From Nitrospirota bacterium (GTDB taxonomy: Bacteria > Nitrospirota > UBA9217), in NCBI GenBank assembly GCA_963737155.1, contig CAVTRN010000001.1, positions 1,056,001 through 1,120,000 on the forward strand: 64,000 nucleotides of DNA, written 5' to 3'. The notes under the pieces are model-generated. The model was not told the DNA's origin and ran no database searches. It saw nothing but the letters and a program-made list of their open reading frames with translations. The translations under genes were made by a program, and so were the position numbers. Below, piece by piece: positions 41,309 through 52,307 of the stretch. The first letter of the stretch is position 1. The number at the start of each line of letters is the position of its first letter.

Positions 41309-42348
41309 ATGAAAGCACTTGTAACGGGTGGGACAGGATTTATAGGGAATAACGTCATCGATCTACTTGCCGCAGACGGCCACAGCGTCCGTCTTTCAGC
41401 CGGAAAACCGGAATTCCGGCACGGTTTTCGGAAAAAGATGTTTCGGTATATAGCGGCGATCTTGAAGATGCCGAATCAGTTCTGCGCGCCATGAAGGGAA
41501 TGGATGTCTTATCACATTGGCGAAATCAAAAACACTTCCCCCCGCACTGTAAAAAACAATTTAAAACTGATGGAGAGCGTGGTCGGTCATCTGGAAGCAT
41601 CAGGCGTAAAGCGTATTGTCTTCTTTATCAGGTCCATTACTGTTGCAGGAATCTCCGGGGTAAAACCGCCACTGAGGATACTCCGCCCCAACGTCTACTA
41701 AGGGATCCCTATACGCGGTATAAGGAACAATGCGAGAAACTCCTCTGGGAAAAGACCGCCGGGACACCGTATACCGTGATCCGTCCGGTGTGGTCTACGG
41801 TTCCGCTTCCCGGTATCTTGGCGGCTTAATCTCGGCGGTTGATCGGCTGGGGAAAATCGGGACCCCTTTATCGGGCAGGGCAGGAGTATTGCCCCACTTG
41901 TGCACGTGAAGGATCTTGCACGCGCCATATACCGTGCAGGGATAGAAGAAGCAGCCGCCGGCATGATTTTCAATATTACAGATGGAATGAATGACACCTG
42001 GTCTGATTTCCTGCATGCGATCGGGAGCGCACTTGGGAAAGAGATCACGATCCTGCCGGTTCCGCCTCTTTTGTTCAACCTCCCGGCGCGTTTTTTTGAC
42101 CTCTTCGCCGGGATCGCCGGCTCGACCGTGAGTCCGGAAGCCTTTGTGAGCTATGTCACAACAGACCTACTTTTCACGAACGACAGTCGCAGCGGCTTCT
42201 CCATTGGAAGCCGGAATATTCGCTTGCGCTGGGTGCCGAAGAAATGGTGAGCGACTACAGGCAGCGGCGGGGACAGGCGAAGCATAGGATAATTTATCAG
42301 CAGGCCGGCGTTGCTCAGAGCACCCCCCGAGATAGGTGGAAAAAATAG
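41309..42348 (+). pseudogene. Frameshifted NAD-dependent epimerase/dehydratase (extended SDR)
   Basis: VTGGTGFIG, GDLED, YTRYK, VIRP, VHVKDLARA and FNITDG are spread over at least four ORF fragments in different frames; end approximate. Confidence 0.8.
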
Positions 42349-42389
42349 GCCGTTTGTGCACCCCTGCGCATAAGGCATGCCCTTTCCCG

Positions 42390-42418
42390 TTGACAAGCAG
42401 TGGCGGGTATGTTATCTT
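42390..42418 (+). promoter_or_regulatory. Putative sigma70 promoter of pal
   Basis: TTGACA-17 nt-TATCTT with extended -10 TG. Confidence 0.55.
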
Positions 42419-42503
42419 CATTATCGGCGTTTCATGCTGCCTATAGAGGATTGATTTGTCCGGAACCATAATTTAACACATATCATAATTAGAGGAGGAG
42501 TAC

Positions 42504-43049
42504 ATGAAGAGCAGAAGTTTTGTGTATGTTATGATGGTATTGCTTGTAAGCGCTTTCACTCTCTGGGGATGCCCCAAAAAAGCTGAAGTGACCAGCGCGC
42601 CTGAGGTCCAGAAAGAATCAGTGCCAGCCCAGCCGCCGGCAAAGGAAGAGATGAAAGCCGCTCCTCCAATGGAAACGCCAGCAGCTGGACCAAAAGAGGA
42701 AATGCCGGCCTCGGCAATGGCGGGACTCCAGCCGATTTATTTCGATTTTAACGAATCCTTTCTTCGGAGCGATGCAACGGCGGTTATGAAGGCTAATGCC
42801 GACTGGCTGAAGGCCAACCCGACGGCAATGATCAAAATTGAGGGTAATTGCGACGAGCGCGGGACGGAAGAATACAATCAGGCCCTCGGCCAGCGGCGCG
42901 CATCCAGCGCTAAAAAATATCTGACCGACATGGGCATATCCGCAAATCGCATCTCGCTTATCAGCTATGGCAAGGAAAAACCGGTCTGCGGAGAGCATAC
43001 GGAAGAATGCTGGCAGAAGAACCGGCGCGACGATTTCGTGGCGCAATAG
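42504..43049 (+). CDS. pal: Peptidoglycan-associated lipoprotein
   Basis: Lipobox LWGC, IYFDF, IEGNCDERGTEEYNQALGQRRA, SYGKEKP, NRR. Confidence 0.95.
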   Translation: MKSRSFVYVMMVLLVSAFTLWGCPKKAEVTSAPEVQKESVPAQPPAKEEMKAAPPMETPAAGPKEEMPASAMAGLQPIYFDFNESFLRSDATAVMKANADWLKANPTAMIKIEGNCDERGTEEYNQALGQRRASSAKKYLTDMGISANRISLISYGKEKPVCGEHTEECWQKNRRDDFVAQ

Positions 43050-43078
43050 CCAGCAGCGGGTTTTATAAACCGGATCGC

Positions 43079-43130
43079 AAGAGAACCGGTCGGTTAGCGT
43101 GGCTTAGGCTGCCCGGTTCTTTTTTTCTTT
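43079..43130 (+). terminator. Putative intrinsic terminator/attenuator after pal
   Basis: AAGAGAACCGG...CCGGTTCTTTT stem followed by a long T tract. Confidence 0.55.
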
Positions 43131-43184
43131 TTCTTGAACATTGATAGTTCTCCACGGCTCGGGAACGGAGGAGTACCCGATCAT

Positions 43185-44054
43185 ATGTCAATCAAACCCC
43201 TCGTTATCATCGCACTGTTTCTTTTTCCCTTGGCGGCCTGCGCCCCCCAGTCGGCAATCGTCAAGACGAGTGCCGATATAAACGACCTGCGCGAGGACGT
43301 GAAAACGACGAGCGCGCGCGTCCAGGAGATACAGCGGAAGCTGGACCAGGATAGAGCGAATATCCAGAAGCGCATCGATGCGCTTGATGCGAACAGCAGG
43401 GGGTCCAGCGACGTCCAGAAGACCATGGCTGACTACGGCGTCAAGACGGACCAGCTCACCATGGACATCCAGATGCTGCAAGGTAAGCTCGAGGAGAACA
43501 ATTTTCGAATTGCTGAACTTGGTCAGAAATTAGATGACCGCGGCGTCAAGATCGCGGAACTTAATGCGCGGATCGAGGCGCTTGAGGCAAAAGTAAATCT
43601 CCTGAGCGGCGGGACATGGACTGCCGCAACCTCACAAACCGGGACCGCCTCGGTCAAGCAGTCTTCCGAGAAGACTATCGAACCGACCGACGCCTACCGT
43701 GAGGCGAAAAGTGATTATGACAAGGGTGATTTTGAACTTGCCCTCAAAGGTTTTCAAAATTACGTCGTTCAATTTCCTGATACCAGCCAAACAAACATGG
43801 CGCAATACTGGATCGGTGAATGCTATTATTCCTTGAAGGACTTCAATAAGGCCATTGCGGCTTTTGATAAGGTCATCACAATCTATCCTAAAAGTGGTAA
43901 GATAGCCGGTGCGAAACTCAAGATCGGGCTGTCTTATCTGAACGAGAGAAATCCGGCTAAAGCGAAAGAGTACTTTTATAAGGTTATCAAGGAGCATCCG
44001 GGTACGAACGAAGCTGGGATCGCAAAAAGCCGGCTTGACAAGATGGGAAAGTAG
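43185..44054 (+). CDS. cpoB: Tol-Pal system protein CpoB/YbgF
   Basis: Lipoprotein signal (LAAC), coiled coil, C-terminal TPRs (AQYWIGECYY); directly follows pal. Confidence 0.88.
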   Translation: MSIKPLVIIALFLFPLAACAPQSAIVKTSADINDLREDVKTTSARVQEIQRKLDQDRANIQKRIDALDANSRGSSDVQKTMADYGVKTDQLTMDIQMLQGKLEENNFRIAELGQKLDDRGVKIAELNARIEALEAKVNLLSGGTWTAATSQTGTASVKQSSEKTIEPTDAYREAKSDYDKGDFELALKGFQNYVVQFPDTSQTNMAQYWIGECYYSLKDFNKAIAAFDKVITIYPKSGKIAGAKLKIGLSYLNERNPAKAKEYFYKVIKEHPGTNEAGIAKSRLDKMGK

Positions 44055-44095
44055 CGATCCTCGTTTTGTTTGACGGTAGCGCAGGAAGGTTTGTA

Positions 44096-44317
44096 ATGCC
44101 GGTTTATGAATATCGCTGCAAAGCCTGCAATGTTAATTTTGAGAAACTTGTTTTCGGTGCCAATCCATCCGTAAGCTGCGAGAAGTGCGGTTCGGACAAG
44201 ACAGAGAAACTCCTGTCGCACTTCGGCATGGGGAGATCGACCAGTGCATCAATAAGCACGTCGAGCGGATCGGGTTGCGGTGGCTGTTCATCCTCCTCCT
44301 GCGTCGGCTGTAAATAG
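44096..44317 (+). CDS. FmdB-family zinc-ribbon protein
   Basis: MPVYEYRCKAC..FE...CEKCGS; Cys-rich tail CGGC....CVGC. Confidence 0.85.
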   Translation: MPVYEYRCKACNVNFEKLVFGANPSVSCEKCGSDKTEKLLSHFGMGRSTSASISTSSGSGCGGCSSSSCVGCK

Positions 44318-44887
44318 TCTTTCGAGTTCTCATTGATTTTACCAATTCCTCTTTCAAACACGCAGTAAGACAGTCATCCTGCCTTTTCCGAATTAAAAAA
44401 GTCTGACCGCGCCGTTTACCGTACTGTGCCTGAGATAGCTACAGTAATGGATTGGGTAAAGATTATTACCTGTTTCACCCTCATGTTCAGCTCGCCTAAG
44501 CGTAATGGCCTAGAGTCTGATACGGACTATGAAGAGAAACGTTGCGTGGATTCCGACCGCTGCGGCTATCAAGCTGACGGCTTTTTGACGCATTGGATCT
44601 CTTTCGCTGCTTGTTACCAGCGGTCCGGTGCGCGGACCCGACCTGCTTTTTGAATCATCAGACTTATCATTTTGTTTTTGATTCTCTTCGGCATGTGCCT
44701 ATTTTTACGAAGTTTGAATTTGGAGAAAAAATACACAGCCAGGGAATTTTGCTACTCGGTTATTCTCTCCACAGATCTGTACGTAACCTTGCCAGTAATC
44801 ACCATTTTTCAATATGTTATGCGGTAGTATGATTCGCTGTTACACTGGGTTAATAGCATGCATCTTCTCCTTTCTCTTACTTTTATA

Positions 44888-44916
44888 TTGACGTGATTAA
44901 AAAGAAGAGGTAAAAT
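44888..44916 (+). promoter_or_regulatory. Putative sigma70 promoter
   Basis: TTGACG-17 nt-TAAAAT upstream of the 44984 ORF. Confidence 0.5.
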
Positions 44917-44983
44917 ATCTATGAAATGTCGTTTTGCCTTACTAAGTCATTGAACTGAATAGTTTAATATATATTAAAATAGC

Positions 44984-45670
44984 ATGTCATTCATATTATT
45001 TCTAGCAGCTGGATTTATTCTAATCCCTTCATTTGCCTTCGCATGGGGTCCTTTGACCCATCTCTACCTTGGCAATGAACTCCTGAATCTGACGCCATTA
45101 ATACCCGCCGGGATCCTCGGTCTTCTTCAGAAGCATAAACAGGATTTTCTGTATGGCAATCTCATGGCCGATATCATTCTCGGTAAAAAATATCTTCCTG
45201 ATGACAAGAGCTCACATTGTTGGGACGTGGGGCTCAAGCTCCTTGATCAGGCTGGGACTTGGCCTGAGCGTGCTTTTGCCTATGGCTATCTCAGCCATCT
45301 TGCCGCCGACACGGTCGCGCATGAGACTCTGACCGATGATATGGGGAACATGGGACATACCTGGATGGAGATGAAGGCAGATAGCCTGATCGATAAGACC
45401 TACTGGCTTCAGATCATAACTTTCAACAAAGCAATGCGCAGGAGGAGCGATCTTCTGCTAGAGAACTCCTTGGACAGCTACATTTTCTCGTTCAAGACAA
45501 ACAAACGAATCTATAAAAGCATGGTTTTTCTCTCTCTCCTGAACAAGAAACGCAAACGTGGTGTGGACCATGCTCTAATCAGCGAACTCCATGACGAATC
45601 CCTTGCCCGCATGCTTGATCTTCTCCAGAACGGAACCGACTCCACGGTTCTGAACAGAAATCCACTATAA
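44984..45670 (+). CDS. Zinc-dependent phospholipase C-like protein
   Basis: Signal peptide then AWGPLTH, GNLMAD, SHCW, GYLSHLAADTVAH, H..ME..AD. Confidence 0.75.
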   Translation: MSFILFLAAGFILIPSFAFAWGPLTHLYLGNELLNLTPLIPAGILGLLQKHKQDFLYGNLMADIILGKKYLPDDKSSHCWDVGLKLLDQAGTWPERAFAYGYLSHLAADTVAHETLTDDMGNMGHTWMEMKADSLIDKTYWLQIITFNKAMRRRSDLLLENSLDSYIFSFKTNKRIYKSMVFLSLLNKKRKRGVDHALISELHDESLARMLDLLQNGTDSTVLNRNPL

Positions 45671-46694
45671 TTCAACTTGCTGCATTGTGTTATTGACCTC
45701 GAAATAAAGTCTGGAGTCTTTGTAAAAAAGGGCTTTATCTACCTTAGCTGCTGCTTTTTAGCACCATCGTCTCTCATTTCTAATTTCTATTTACTAAGAC
45801 GGGAGCATAACAGGACTGTTACCGGTTACTGTCAGGGGTTACCGTCCTGATTCAACCAAACCCCGTTTTTTTGTAATTGGGATTCACCTCGGCGCTTTTT
45901 TAATAAGACTATGGTGAGCATTCTGGGAATTCTTATAACTGCAGGTACACTGAGCCGCCAAAATTAAATCTCATTTTGCCCGACGTAGACCTCATTCTCG
46001 AGAATCCTTCTAAACGAACCTATGACATTCATCTGAACAATGTGCCAGCTTGGGCCGTTATTCTTGTACCAAAAATGAGGAACTCGACAACTAGCCAGGA
46101 GGTGTATATGCCGGTGTCTTTCAGGATGGATACAGGACCCGGCTATCGACATGTACCGGTTTTAAATGCTGCGATTGTACATGCTTCATGAATAGAACAC
46201 TGCTGAAAAACAAACTGGATGACTCATACATGAACTGCAGAGCATGCATTGCTGCCTGTCGTAAGGGATTCGGCGCCGGCAAGGAACTTTCCATCTTTTA
46301 TTTGCGCAGGGCTAGTTTTTCCCGCAATACTATTGTGGAGTTGCGCTAGAAAACGCTGTGACAAGTTGGCGTCCAATAGTGAAGTGAATGGAAACCGAGG
46401 GCATTCAATCTTTTTTTCCTATTCGCTTTATGTTATTACCACGAATCCCCGTCACCCTGCAGGTTTATCCGAGAGATGGTTTCCGAAATGAGACCTTACC
46501 GTCTGCTATACTTGAGGTAATCCTAATCTCGATACAGTCAAAATTCTCACGATAAAAAAGAAAAAATGCAAGGCATGAATACACTGATAGCATTGCAGGT
46601 AGCGAGATGCTATCACCATCAGGAGATCTGAAGATTTCTTCGTGAACTCTGTGGCTAACCTTTGACTGTACTTCTTCGCAACCAGGAGGCTGAC

Positions 46695-47177
46695 ATGGAC
46701 ATGTGTTTCATTCGCGTGGCAATTCCCGAAGGCTGTAACGTGATTCTCGGCCAGACCCACTTCATCAAAACCGCTGAGGACCTTTACGAAATTATCGCCA
46801 CTACCGTTCCACAGGCTCGCTTCGGCATCGCCTTTACTGAGGCTTCGGGACCCTGTCTCATACGAACCGAGGGAAATGACGAGGGCTTAATCAGTGTCTG
46901 CGCCGCAACACTTTTATCCATCGGGGCCGGGCATGTGTTCTGCATATACCTGAAGGATGCCTTTCCGGTCAATGTCCTGAATCAGATTAAAAACTGCCCG
47001 GAGGTCTGCAGGATATTCTGCGCCACGGCAAATCCCCTTGAGGTTGTGGTCTGCTCCTCTGCGCAGGGGAGAGGAATCCTCGGCGTCATTGACGGTTTCT
47101 CGCCGAAAGGCGTGGAAACTCCGGTGGACAGGACTGCGCGGAGAGGATTCCTGAGAAAGATTGGATACAAACTCTGA
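46695..47177 (+). CDS. Adenosine-specific kinase family protein
   Basis: NVILGQTHFIKT, FGIAFTEASG, IFCATANP, GRGILGVIDG, IGYKL. Confidence 0.85.
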   Translation: MDMCFIRVAIPEGCNVILGQTHFIKTAEDLYEIIATTVPQARFGIAFTEASGPCLIRTEGNDEGLISVCAATLLSIGAGHVFCIYLKDAFPVNVLNQIKNCPEVCRIFCATANPLEVVVCSSAQGRGILGVIDGFSPKGVETPVDRTARRGFLRKIGYKL

Positions 47178-47286
47178 TTGAGAGGCTCATTCTCCACTAC
47201 CGGATCATTCGAGTTGAACCGCGAAAACTCACAGTAACATCCGCATCCGCTTGAATCGATTGTCACAACATGATACACTTCGGCCC

Positions 47287-48954
47287 ATGGTGACCGCGCT
47301 CTTCATTTTTCTCATAACCTACATTTTCATTGGCCTGCGCCAGGTTCCCCGGCTACACATAGACCGGACAGCAGGCGCACTTGTGGGCGCTGTGTTGATG
47401 ATCATCTTAGGCGTGGTGAGTCTAGACCAGGCGTTTGCCGCAATAGACATGCACACCCTGTTGCTGCTCCTCGGGATGATGATCATCACCGTCTACCTAA
47501 GAACCGCCGGTTTTTTCGAGCTCATGGCCGACAAAATCCTCTCTCTTTCGCGCACGCCTTTTCAGCTTCTTGTTTTTGTCACGCTCTCCTCGGGGTTGCT
47601 CTCCGCCTTGTTCGTCAACGATACGATATGCCTCCTCTACACTCCGATTATCCTTGAAGTGACCGCACAGCTTGGGGTGAACCCCATGCCGTACCTGCTG
47701 GCGCTCGCGACTTCGTCGAATGTCGGCAGCGTCATGACCGTGACCGGCAATCCGCAGAACATGCTGATAAGCGTCAGTTCGAAAATAACCTATCTGTCCT
47801 TTCTCGGAGCGCTTTTTCCGGTTGCGTTAATTGGACTCTGCGTCTGCATTGCTGTCATCAGATTTATCTACCACAAAGAGATGAAGGCAGGCACGATCCT
47901 CGCAAGGCCGCAGATGCCGGCTTACCTGGTCAGAAAGCCTTTACTCGCAAAGTCACTTCTGGTCTGTGCAGGCGTGCTCTCCGCATTTTCAATGGGATAT
48001 CCCTATTCACTTGTCGCAGTCACAGGCGCAGCCACTCTTTTGCTTATCGGCGGGGTGCGAACGGAGACTATCCTTGAAGGTGTCGACTGGACACTTCTAC
48101 TGTTTTTTTCAGGACTCTTCGTGGTGATGCACGGGGTGGAGGCGTCTGGACTTTCCGGAGCGGCCATCAGCCGCGCCCGCTATCTTTCGATATTTTCCCC
48201 TATTGGCCGCATCGTGGGCCTGTCTGCTGTATCGACGATTCTCTCAAATATGGTGAGTAATGTTCCCGCAGTGATGCTGCTGAAGCCGTTGATAGGGACG
48301 TTGGGAAACGACAGAATTGCCTGGCTTGCACTGGCCATGAGCAGCACTCTGGCCGGGAACCTGACGCTCATCGGTTCGGTGGCGAACCTGATTGTCGTCC
48401 AGCAAGCCCGGAGGAGGGTGGAAATCGGGTTTCTGGAATACTTCCGTGTTGGTGCTCTGATCACGATTATTACGCTAGCCATAGGTATTCTTGTTCTGGC
48501 CATTGAAATCAGGGTGGCGCGGTGCGCGGAATCCTCTTTTCCCGGGCAGCCTGTGCAGTATTTGACAGCGACGGTTATCTCCGCTTCCTCCGCCTCGAAA
48601 ACGTTCAGGATTGTAATGTTGTGTGATACGGCCGAAACACGGACGAAAGGACTACAAGGCTTTCGGGAATTGAATATCGGCGAAGCCGCTCTTTTTGCTT
48701 TTCCAGAGCCCGAGGCAGTGACATTTTGGATGGGAAGCGTTGGCTATCCGATCGATATTGTCTTCATCGACCACGATAAGATGGTTATCCGTGTCTATCA
48801 GAGGTGCCGACCAGGTAGCATGAATTATTACCCTTCGATACAAAGGGTCTCCTGGGTGCTCGAAACCGCAGCAGGGTCAGGGATTAAGGTCGGTGATGAA
48901 GTGTACCTTGAAGAGCCAAAGATTATGAGGCCGCGGGCGATGGAGGGAAAATAA
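47287..48954 (+). CDS. ArsB/NhaD (YbiR-like) anion permease with C-terminal DUF192-like domain
   Basis: SALFVND, SNVGS..T.TGNPQN, VSNVPA, STLAGNLTLIGSVAN; tail DT...RTKGL...FWM...PIDIVFID...VLE.AAG. Confidence 0.8.
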   Translation: MVTALFIFLITYIFIGLRQVPRLHIDRTAGALVGAVLMIILGVVSLDQAFAAIDMHTLLLLLGMMIITVYLRTAGFFELMADKILSLSRTPFQLLVFVTLSSGLLSALFVNDTICLLYTPIILEVTAQLGVNPMPYLLALATSSNVGSVMTVTGNPQNMLISVSSKITYLSFLGALFPVALIGLCVCIAVIRFIYHKEMKAGTILARPQMPAYLVRKPLLAKSLLVCAGVLSAFSMGYPYSLVAVTGAATLLLIGGVRTETILEGVDWTLLLFFSGLFVVMHGVEASGLSGAAISRARYLSIFSPIGRIVGLSAVSTILSNMVSNVPAVMLLKPLIGTLGNDRIAWLALAMSSTLAGNLTLIGSVANLIVVQQARRRVEIGFLEYFRVGALITIITLAIGILVLAIEIRVARCAESSFPGQPVQYLTATVISASSASKTFRIVMLCDTAETRTKGLQGFRELNIGEAALFAFPEPEAVTFWMGSVGYPIDIVFIDHDKMVIRVYQRCRPGSMNYYPSIQRVSWVLETAAGSGIKVGDEVYLEEPKIMRPRAMEGK

Positions 48955-49381
48955 TTCAGGGCAAGAAAAACATCAAGAAAGCAAGTATTGTAACAATCCG
49001 GGGCTTACGTTTCTAACGTCGTCCCGGTTTACCCTGAATCGATTCTTATCATCATGTTAATCTCCAAAACGATTCCCGACAACGGGGAAGGACGATTCCC
49101 TGAAGGACAAAATGCAATCAGGAATCGAAATGAGGTTGTATGAATAAGGAGATCTCACGATAAGGCCTGCTGACACAGGCTCTCGAACACTCATTCTGAC
49201 GCATTAATAAAAAGTCAGTCTTTTCGGGCACTTGCTTAAAGAGGGCAGAGTTTGCTTCGATCACATCCCTTACCCGGTGTTTCAAGGATTGGGGGAATAC
49301 ACTTGTTTTTATAAGCGTTATTGTTTATAATAACGATTCCGACTATGATAGTATGTAATTTTTGCAAATGGAGGTTCTTGT

Positions 49382-49672
49382 ATGCCGATTTATGAATATG
49401 AATGCGGAAGCTGCGGTGGCCGTTTCGAGGTCACCCGGAAATTTAGCGATCCAGTGCTGACAATCTGTAAACTCTGCAATGCTTCATCGCTCAGGAAGGT
49501 ATTGTCACCCACTGCATTTGTTTTAAAAGGAAGCGGCTGGTATGCGACAGATTACCCATCGAAAGACAGGAAAGAAGTGAATTCGACGGGGACAACCCCA
49601 AGCGAACCGAAGCCAGCCGCCTGCACTTCAGGATGCTGTTCAGGTTCCTGCCTGCCAAAGGCCGAGCCCTGA
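49382..49672 (+). CDS. FmdB-family zinc-ribbon protein
   Basis: MPIYEYECGSCG, CKLC, FVLKGSGWYATDY. Confidence 0.88.
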   Translation: MPIYEYECGSCGGRFEVTRKFSDPVLTICKLCNASSLRKVLSPTAFVLKGSGWYATDYPSKDRKEVNSTGTTPSEPKPAACTSGCCSGSCLPKAEP

Positions 49673-50463
49673 TGGAGCACATTCATATCCACATACCTTA
49701 TCCGAAGCTGAAGGATTTTTTTGAAATGATCAGGCTCCGACGCTACGATCTTGAAATATACTTCTCAGCGGCCGTCCTTGATCAGATTGAAAAGCAGGAC
49801 TTGGAGAATCTGATCGAGCGTTTTGATTGGAACCCCCAGTTGACGCTCCACGCTCCTTTCGTGGACCTAAATCCCGGCGCCATCGACCCCATGGTGCGCA
49901 CCGTAACCCAAGTGCGTTTCCGGCAGCTCCTGAATGCCGCCGCCATCCTCAAGCCGCGGGCAGTTGTATTTCATGCGGCCTATGACCGGTGGCGGTACAA
50001 CGGACGCAGAGACGTGTGGCTTGATTACTGTGTCGATACATGGTCCAATGTCATGGAGTCTGCCTCCAGGATCGGCCTGCGTGTTGCCGTCGAAAATGTA
50101 TACGATGAGGATCCCGATGCACTTCAGATGCTCATTGAAAAAATCAACAATCCGGACTTCGGTTTTTGTTTCGACACCGGGCATTTCAATCTTTTCTCCT
50201 CGGTCCCGATGGAACGATGGTTCGAGGTTCTGGGACGTCATCTAGTGGAGGTGCACCTCCACGATAACGATGGCACGGCGGACTCCCATTGGGCGCTGGG
50301 TCGGGGGAAGGTCGATTTTGACAAGTTTTTTGCCCTTATGGGCGTCCATGCGCCACTGCCTGTTTTTACGATCGAGGCCCATGACAAGGACGATATCGAG
50401 AGGAGCCTCGAACGGGTGAAGACTCTCATCAGCACTCACCATCGTCCGTCCGCCATATCGTAG
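49672..50463 (+). CDS. Sugar phosphate isomerase/epimerase (xylose isomerase-like TIM barrel)
   Basis: LHAPF, VFH, AVENV, CFDTGH, HLHDNDG..DSH, TIE. Confidence 0.85.
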   Translation: MEHIHIHIPYPKLKDFFEMIRLRRYDLEIYFSAAVLDQIEKQDLENLIERFDWNPQLTLHAPFVDLNPGAIDPMVRTVTQVRFRQLLNAAAILKPRAVVFHAAYDRWRYNGRRDVWLDYCVDTWSNVMESASRIGLRVAVENVYDEDPDALQMLIEKINNPDFGFCFDTGHFNLFSSVPMERWFEVLGRHLVEVHLHDNDGTADSHWALGRGKVDFDKFFALMGVHAPLPVFTIEAHDKDDIERSLERVKTLISTHHRPSAIS

Positions 50464-50558
50464 AGGCCTTCAACTCCGGTTCGAAATCTTGGGAATATAT
50501 GGTGAATGAATCTATGTATGCCTTGACACCCCATAACGCTTCGCATAGACTGAGAGCC

Positions 50559-52307
50559 ATGAAAAAAAATGTCGCCGTCATTGTGCTTGTTTTATTCACT
50601 TTTTCCTGTGCGACGTTGCCTGCACACATGCCGGAGACAATGACGGGGAAGGAACCGGCAGTCGACCGCGATCAGGCTGATGCCTATTATCATTTCATGG
50701 TCGGCAACATGTTGGAGCAGGATGGCAATTACGACGGGGCGCAAAAGGAGTTCGAAAAAGCGTATAGTCAGGACCCGAAGTCGGCTGAAATTTCACTTGC
50801 TCTGGCTACCATTGCCGCGCGCAAGGGACAATTGGATGACGTGGCCCGGTATGCACGGATTGCGGCAAAAGCCCCAGCCACGAAAACGCAGGCGCTCATG
50901 TTGCTGGCCGGTATATATTCAGCCCGGAAACAATACGACGAAGCGATTGCCGCTTATCGCGAGGTGATTAACACCGATCCGAAGCAAGAAGACGCCTATA
51001 TATACCTCGGATCTCTCTTTGCATCACTGAAACAGTACGATGAGGCAATTAAAACATTTCACGCTCTTAAAGCGGTGAATCCCAACTCCATTATGTCTTC
51101 CTACTATCTCGGAAGAATTTACACGGATCAACAAATGTACGAAGAAGCGCTCGCCGAATTCAACCGAGTAGTATCCTTGCGCGGTGACTTTGATCCCGGA
51201 TACACGAGTATGGGCCTGGTCTATGAATTGATGGACAAAGCCCCCAAAGCGATAGAGGCATACAGAAAGGCGCTCAGCATCAATCCCCACAACCCTGAGG
51301 TCCGGCTGCATCTTGGGCAGCTCTATATCCAGCAGAATGAACTCGATGACGCACTGGAGCAGTTCAAGCAAGTGGTTGCTGAGGACCCCCGGAATTACGA
51401 CGCCATTGTAAAAATAGGACTTATTTATGCCGAGCAGAAGAAGTATGAGCAGGCTGTTCAATCCTTCAAAACGGTATCTCAGGCAATCCCCAACGACCTG
51501 AAGATCAGGCGATATCTCGCATCGACACTCCTGTCGCTCAACCGGTATGATGAAGCGCTTACCGAATACAAAACCATTCTGACAGCCGCTCCGGATGATA
51601 TCGATGCTGCTCTTCAGATAGCCTATATTTATTCTCAGCAGGGCAAGACCGCAGAAGCAGTGCCGATCCTGGAAAAGATGGTTTCCGAGCAGCCGGGGAA
51701 ACCGGAGCTATATCTTTATCTCGCCAATGCCTATATGGATATTGGAAAATACCTAAAGGCGGTCGATACCCTAAACGGTGCTCTCAAGCTTGCGCCAGAT
51801 CGCGATGATCTTTTTTTTGAGCTCGCCATCGCCGACGAAAAACTGGGCAGGCGTGATGCGATGATCGAGGCCCTCAAGAAGGCTATTGCGCTGAAGCCGG
51901 ACAACGCCGACACCTTGAATTATCTCGGCTACTCCTATGCGGAAAAGGGGGAAAACCTGGACGAGGCAATTATGCTCATAAAGCGCGCCCTCGTGCTCAA
52001 GCCTGACAACGGGTACATTCTCGATAGCTTGGCCTGGGCTTATTATCAGAAAGGCATGCTGAATGATTCGCTGGAGGTCATGCAGAAAGCCATTGCAAAG
52101 GTGCCCGAAGACCCCCTCATGCGAGAACACTACGGAGACATTTATCTGAAACTTTCCAACATGGTTAAGGCCCGAGAGCAATGGCTCAAATCCTTGGAGC
52201 TGGACCCCCAGAACAAGAAACTTCGGGAGAAATTCAATGAGATGAAGTTCGGCAATCTTGATGAACTCCTGAAGGATATAAAACCGGGGGCAAAAGACAA
52301 GAAGTGA
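50559..52307 (+). CDS. TPR-repeat lipoprotein
   Basis: Lipobox TFSC, many TPRs, C-terminal LNYLGYSYA...ILDSLAWAYY...EHYGD. Confidence 0.9.
   Translation: MKKNVAVIVLVLFTFSCATLPAHMPETMTGKEPAVDRDQADAYYHFMVGNMLEQDGNYDGAQKEFEKAYSQDPKSAEISLALATIAARKGQLDDVARYARIAAKAPATKTQALMLLAGIYSARKQYDEAIAAYREVINTDPKQEDAYIYLGSLFASLKQYDEAIKTFHALKAVNPNSIMSSYYLGRIYTDQQMYEEALAEFNRVVSLRGDFDPGYTSMGLVYELMDKAPKAIEAYRKALSINPHNPEVRLHLGQLYIQQNELDDALEQFKQVVAEDPRNYDAIVKIGLIYAEQKKYEQAVQSFKTVSQAIPNDLKIRRYLASTLLSLNRYDEALTEYKTILTAAPDDIDAALQIAYIYSQQGKTAEAVPILEKMVSEQPGKPELYLYLANAYMDIGKYLKAVDTLNGALKLAPDRDDLFFELAIADEKLGRRDAMIEALKKAIALKPDNADTLNYLGYSYAEKGENLDEAIMLIKRALVLKPDNGYILDSLAWAYYQKGMLNDSLEVMQKAIAKVPEDPLMREHYGDIYLKLSNMVKAREQWLKSLELDPQNKKLREKFNEMKFGNLDELLKDIKPGAKDKK

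Noticed and set aside
44725-44830. DnaA-box cluster / oriC
   Set aside because: Only two boxes with at least 2 mismatches (aaatacaca, ctctccaca) and no dnaA context.
45964-46491. Short ORFs 45976-46191 and 46249-46491
   Set aside because: TTG starts, no SD, no motifs; probably non-coding or decayed sequence.
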